This document shows, one piece after another, positions 61,377 to 64,000 of a stretch of DNA of 64,000 nucleotides; the first letter of the stretch is position 1, and each line of letters begins with the position of its first letter. A program made the translations under genes and the position numbers. Location: contig JBJMKO010000144.1 of assembly GCA_045805805.1 (NCBI GenBank), forward strand, positions 629 through 64,628, read 5' to 3'. The notes under the pieces are model-generated. The model did no database searches. It saw only the letters and a program-made list of their open reading frames with translations, and was not told the origin of the DNA. Source of the DNA: Solirubrobacterales bacterium. Lineage in GTDB: Bacteria; Actinomycetota; Thermoleophilia; Solirubrobacterales; 70-9.

Positions 61377-62123
61377 TTAGGAGGCCGAAGCCGAGACGGG
61401 CTTGACCCGCTCGGGCGGCTCGGTCGGGGCCGGGCCACCGGCCTCGAGCACGAACTTGAAGACGGCCGCGGCCAGCAGAGAGCCGACGATCGGGCCGAGC
61501 AGGTAGGGCCAGACGCCGCCCCATTCGTTGCCGACCAGGGCCGGGCCGAACCAGCGCGCCGGGTTGAAGGCGCCGCCGGTCAGCGGGCCGCCGACCATGA
61601 CGATGAAGCCCAGCGTGGTGCCGATCGCCAGAGGCGCCCAGTCCTTGAAGCTCTTTTTCGAGAAGACGGCGGCGAGGATCACGAGCACGAGGCAGAAGGT
61701 GCCGATCGCCTCGACGATCATGCCCTGGAAGTCGCCGGCGAGCAGCGGGCTCACGGCGGCCGCCCCGTAATGGGTTGCGCGCCCCTCGTCGAGCAGCAGG
61801 CCCTTGCAGAGCAGCGCGCCGAGCACGCCCCCGGAGAGCTGGGCGAGCATGTAAATCAAGCCGTCCATCGCCGAGATCCGTTTGATCGCCATCGCCGCGA
61901 GCGTCACCGCGGGATTGAAGTGCCCGCCGCTGACCACGCCGAACATGACGATCAGGCCGAAGAGCAGGAAGGCGTGGACGAGCCCGATCACCGCGAAGTC
62001 CGTCCCGAGCTGGGCCTGTTCGCCCGTCGAGAGGAACAGCACGACGACGGTGGTGACGAAGAACACCAACAAGAAGGTGCCGATCAACTCAGCAAGGTAT
62101 GCCGCAAGTCCTCGTTCCTGCAC
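61377..62123 (-). CDS. MIP-family channel (aquaporin/glycerol facilitator-like)
   Basis: 248 aa with 6 TM helices and two NPA boxes (GGHFNPAVT, GGAFNPARW). Confidence 0.9.
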   Translation of the reverse strand: MQERGLAAYLAELIGTFLLVFFVTTVVVLFLSTGEQAQLGTDFAVIGLVHAFLLFGLIVMFGVVSGGHFNPAVTLAAMAIKRISAMDGLIYMLAQLSGGVLGALLCKGLLLDEGRATHYGAAAVSPLLAGDFQGMIVEAIGTFCLVLVILAAVFSKKSFKDWAPLAIGTTLGFIVMVGGPLTGGAFNPARWFGPALVGNEWGGVWPYLLGPIVGSLLAAAVFKFVLEAGGPAPTEPPERVKPVSASAS

Positions 62124-62206
62124 TATCTCTCCTCCTAGATGCCGTAATTCGACTGGGGCGGCGCCAGTCTACCCAGATTGACCGAATGAAATAGGTTCCC
62201 GGCCAG

Positions 62207-63163
62207 ATGAAGGGGGTTGTCGCGCTGCTGGCGGCCGCCCTGCTGCTCACCGGCGCCGCCGGTTGCGGCGGGGACGGCGCTGAACCGGGCGCGCCTGTCG
62301 GCGCGACGCTGGTGCTCGACTTCACCCCGAACCCGGCCCATGCCGGGATCTACTCGGCTCAGCACGAGGGCTACTACCGCGACGCCGGAGTCGACCTGAC
62401 GATCCGCCAGCCCGGCGAATCGACCGACGCGCCGAAGCTGCTGGAGGCGGGCCGCGCGGACTTCGCCATCCTCGACATCCACGACCTGGGGATCGCCCGC
62501 GAGCGCGGCCTCGACATCGTCGGCACGATGCCGATCGTGCAACGGCCTCTCGCCGCCGTGATCGCCCACGGCGGCGACGGCGTGACCAGGCCCCGGGACC
62601 TGCAGGGCCGGACCGTGGGCGTGACCGGCCTGCCCTCCGACGAAGCGGTGGTCGACTCCGAGGTCAGCGCCGACGGCGGCGACCCGGCCAATGTGAAGCG
62701 GGTGACGATCGGCTTCAACGCGATCTCTTCGCTAGCTGCGGAAAAGGTCGACGCGGCGACCGGCTTCTGGAACGCCGAGGGCGTGACGCTGCGCCAGCAG
62801 GGCGTACCGATCGAGGTCTTCAAGGTCAACGAATACGGGGCGCCGCCATACCCCGAGCTGGTCCTGGTCGCCTCGCGGGGGACGATCGACCAAGACCCGG
62901 AGCTGGTTCGGTCGGTGGTCGATGCGACGAAGCGGGGTTACGGGTTCACGGTGGATCATCCGAAGCAGGCCCTCGACGATCTCCTCGCCGAAGTGCCAAG
63001 CCTCAGCCGCGCCGACGAGCGGGCGCAGCTTGCGGCCCTCTTGCCCGATCTGCATCCTGAGCCGTTCGATCTTGCTGTGCTGCGGGCTTGGGCCGCGTGG
63101 GATCTGAAGCATGGGTTGCTGGAACGACCCTTGGACGTGGAAGCGGCTTTTGCTGAACCTTGA
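62207..63163 (+). CDS. ABC transporter substrate-binding lipoprotein (NMT1/THI5-like)
   Basis: Lipobox LLLTGAAGCG, then LVLDFTPNPAHAGIYSAQHEGYYRDAGVDLTI, typical of the NMT1/THI5-like (SsuA/ThiY) fold. Confidence 0.8.
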   Translation: MKGVVALLAAALLLTGAAGCGGDGAEPGAPVGATLVLDFTPNPAHAGIYSAQHEGYYRDAGVDLTIRQPGESTDAPKLLEAGRADFAILDIHDLGIARERGLDIVGTMPIVQRPLAAVIAHGGDGVTRPRDLQGRTVGVTGLPSDEAVVDSEVSADGGDPANVKRVTIGFNAISSLAAEKVDAATGFWNAEGVTLRQQGVPIEVFKVNEYGAPPYPELVLVASRGTIDQDPELVRSVVDATKRGYGFTVDHPKQALDDLLAEVPSLSRADERAQLAALLPDLHPEPFDLAVLRAWAAWDLKHGLLERPLDVEAAFAEP

Positions 63164-63171
63164 TCGGGGTG

Positions 63172-63287
63172 GGGGCTGGGGTGGCCTCGCCTGCGCGCTG
63201 GGTTTTTCGCCGCAGCGTTGCTTGCGCTCGTTGAGGGGATAGGGCGAAAAACAAGACGCCGCGCGCAGGCGAGGCCACCCCAGCCCC
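63172..63287. repeat. family-1 nested-hairpin repeat, copy 7 (diverged core, reverse orientation)
   Basis: Perfect 27-bp arms GGGGCTGGGGTGGCCTCGCCTGCGCGC (63172-63198) and GCGCGCAGGCGAGGCCACCCCAGCCCC (63261-63287). The core retains TTTTTCG...TTGCTTGCGCTCG...CGAAAAACAAGACGC. Confidence 0.8.
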
Positions 63288-63308
63288 TTCCGAGATACGC
63301 TCTTAGCC

Positions 63309-63671
63309 GTGAGCTTGGCTGAGGACTTTCAGCAGGTGCTTGACTCTTTGCCGCCGGATTGGACCGATCTGGAGCTTGATCTGCGGATTAGGGACGAGAG
63401 CCAGTATGTGGATGCTGCGGTTGCTCTAAGTCAGATCAATGCTCAGCCCTACTCGCAGGCCGATTGGGACTGGCGCTTGCTTGTCGCTCACAGCTTTGGG
63501 CACGCTGCCGCGCCTGAAACCGTGATGGGCGTGCTGAAGAAACTAGACGGCGATGGTGTGAGCGGAGAGATGGCCGTGCGCGAGGTTCGCGAGGGGCGGG
63601 CAGAGGTCGTGCAGATGTGGGGCCGCCCCGAGAGCGTTCGCGAGGAGTTCCGCGAACGCCGCTCGCTCTAG
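63309..63671 (+). CDS. hypothetical protein
   Basis: 120-aa ORF with a GTG start. Acidic, no family recognised, and lower GC than its neighbours. Confidence 0.5.
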   Translation: MSLAEDFQQVLDSLPPDWTDLELDLRIRDESQYVDAAVALSQINAQPYSQADWDWRLLVAHSFGHAAAPETVMGVLKKLDGDGVSGEMAVREVREGRAEVVQMWGRPESVREEFRERRSL

Positions 63672-63687
63672 TGAAGGGCCGACGCTA

Positions 63688-64000
63688 GTGGCGAGAATCG
63701 TCGCCGTCGTCTCGGACCTGATGCTGGCGAGCAGGGTCAGCGAGAGCCTGAAAGCAGCAGGCCACGATGTCTCCGTCGTGTCGAGACTGCCCGACCCCCT
63801 GGAAGCCGAAGCAATCGTCTGCGACCTCGACACCGCCGACATCGACGCAATAGCCGCCGCCCCAGTCCCAACCCTCGGCTTCTACTCCCACGTAAACGTC
63901 GAGACCAAGAAAGCTTCCGAAGCATCCGGCATCGACCGCGTCGTCCCCCGCTCCCGCATGGCCAGAGAGCTCCCGGCCCTAGTGGACGGCCTGCTCAACC
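63688..64000 (+). CDS. hypothetical protein, N-terminal part (runs off window end)
   Basis: Own translation from GTG 63688: VARIVAVVSDLMLASRVSESLKAAGHDVSVVSRLPDPLEAEAIVCDLDTADIDAIAAAPVPTLGFYSHVNVETKK... The frame is open to the window edge. No family recognised. Confidence 0.4.
   Translation, partial: MARIVAVVSDLMLASRVSESLKAAGHDVSVVSRLPDPLEAEAIVCDLDTADIDAIAAAPVPTLGFYSHVNVETKKASEASGIDRVVPRSRMARELPALVDGLLN

Noticed and set aside
62124-62206. TPP riboswitch upstream of the NMT1/THI5-like binding protein
   Set aside because: Only ~80 nt are available. The conserved CUGAGA and ACCUGAUCUGGAUAAUGCCAGC-type elements are absent, and ACTGGGGCGGCGCCAG alone is not sufficient.
14162-63287. CRISPR array interpretation of the recurring ~110-nt repeats
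   Set aside because: The copies are kilobases apart and separated by ordinary genes. They occur in both orientations and are themselves long hairpins. There is no regular repeat-spacer periodicity and there are no cas genes.

Overview
Very GC-rich, actinobacterial-type chromosomal window that is densely coding on both strands. The left edge holds a reverse-strand dcw cluster (mraZ-rsmH-ftsL-ftsI-murE-murF-mraY). Next come a tightly coupled Tad/Flp pilus assembly operon headed by a two-component system, then a sugar kinase, a PHP tyrosine phosphatase and a Rho-derived protein. A long reverse-strand operon follows, led by a cobalamin riboswitch: two DUF4430 proteins, EcfT, a fused EcfA-EcfA', and an S-component fused to a prenyltransferase-like domain, followed by nitroreductase and glpD. 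After that are a LuxR regulator with a GAF histidine kinase, glnK-amt, and a DEAD-box helicase. An accessory-looking patch (about 34-48 kb) carries vapBC, hicAB, seven tRNA genes, a duplicated tRNA-Pro 3' half, gene fragments and four tandem TetR paralogues. The right side holds leucine/ketone-body catabolism genes and an F420 biosynthesis cluster (npdG, cofD, cofC, cofE, fbiC). No rRNA, CRISPR array, transposase or integrase was seen. The most unusual signal is not a gene cluster but hairpin-forming repeats. There are seven copies of a ~110-120 nt nested-hairpin element with a conserved core and copy-specific, perfectly paired outer arms. One copy sits in frame inside the ECF ATPase gene with an 11-bp flanking duplication. 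There are also three copies of a ~50 nt palindromic element and several long perfect palindromes inside conserved genes (murE twice, cofE, fbiC). All calls come from reading the sequence and ORF translations and from motif recall. No database search was run.
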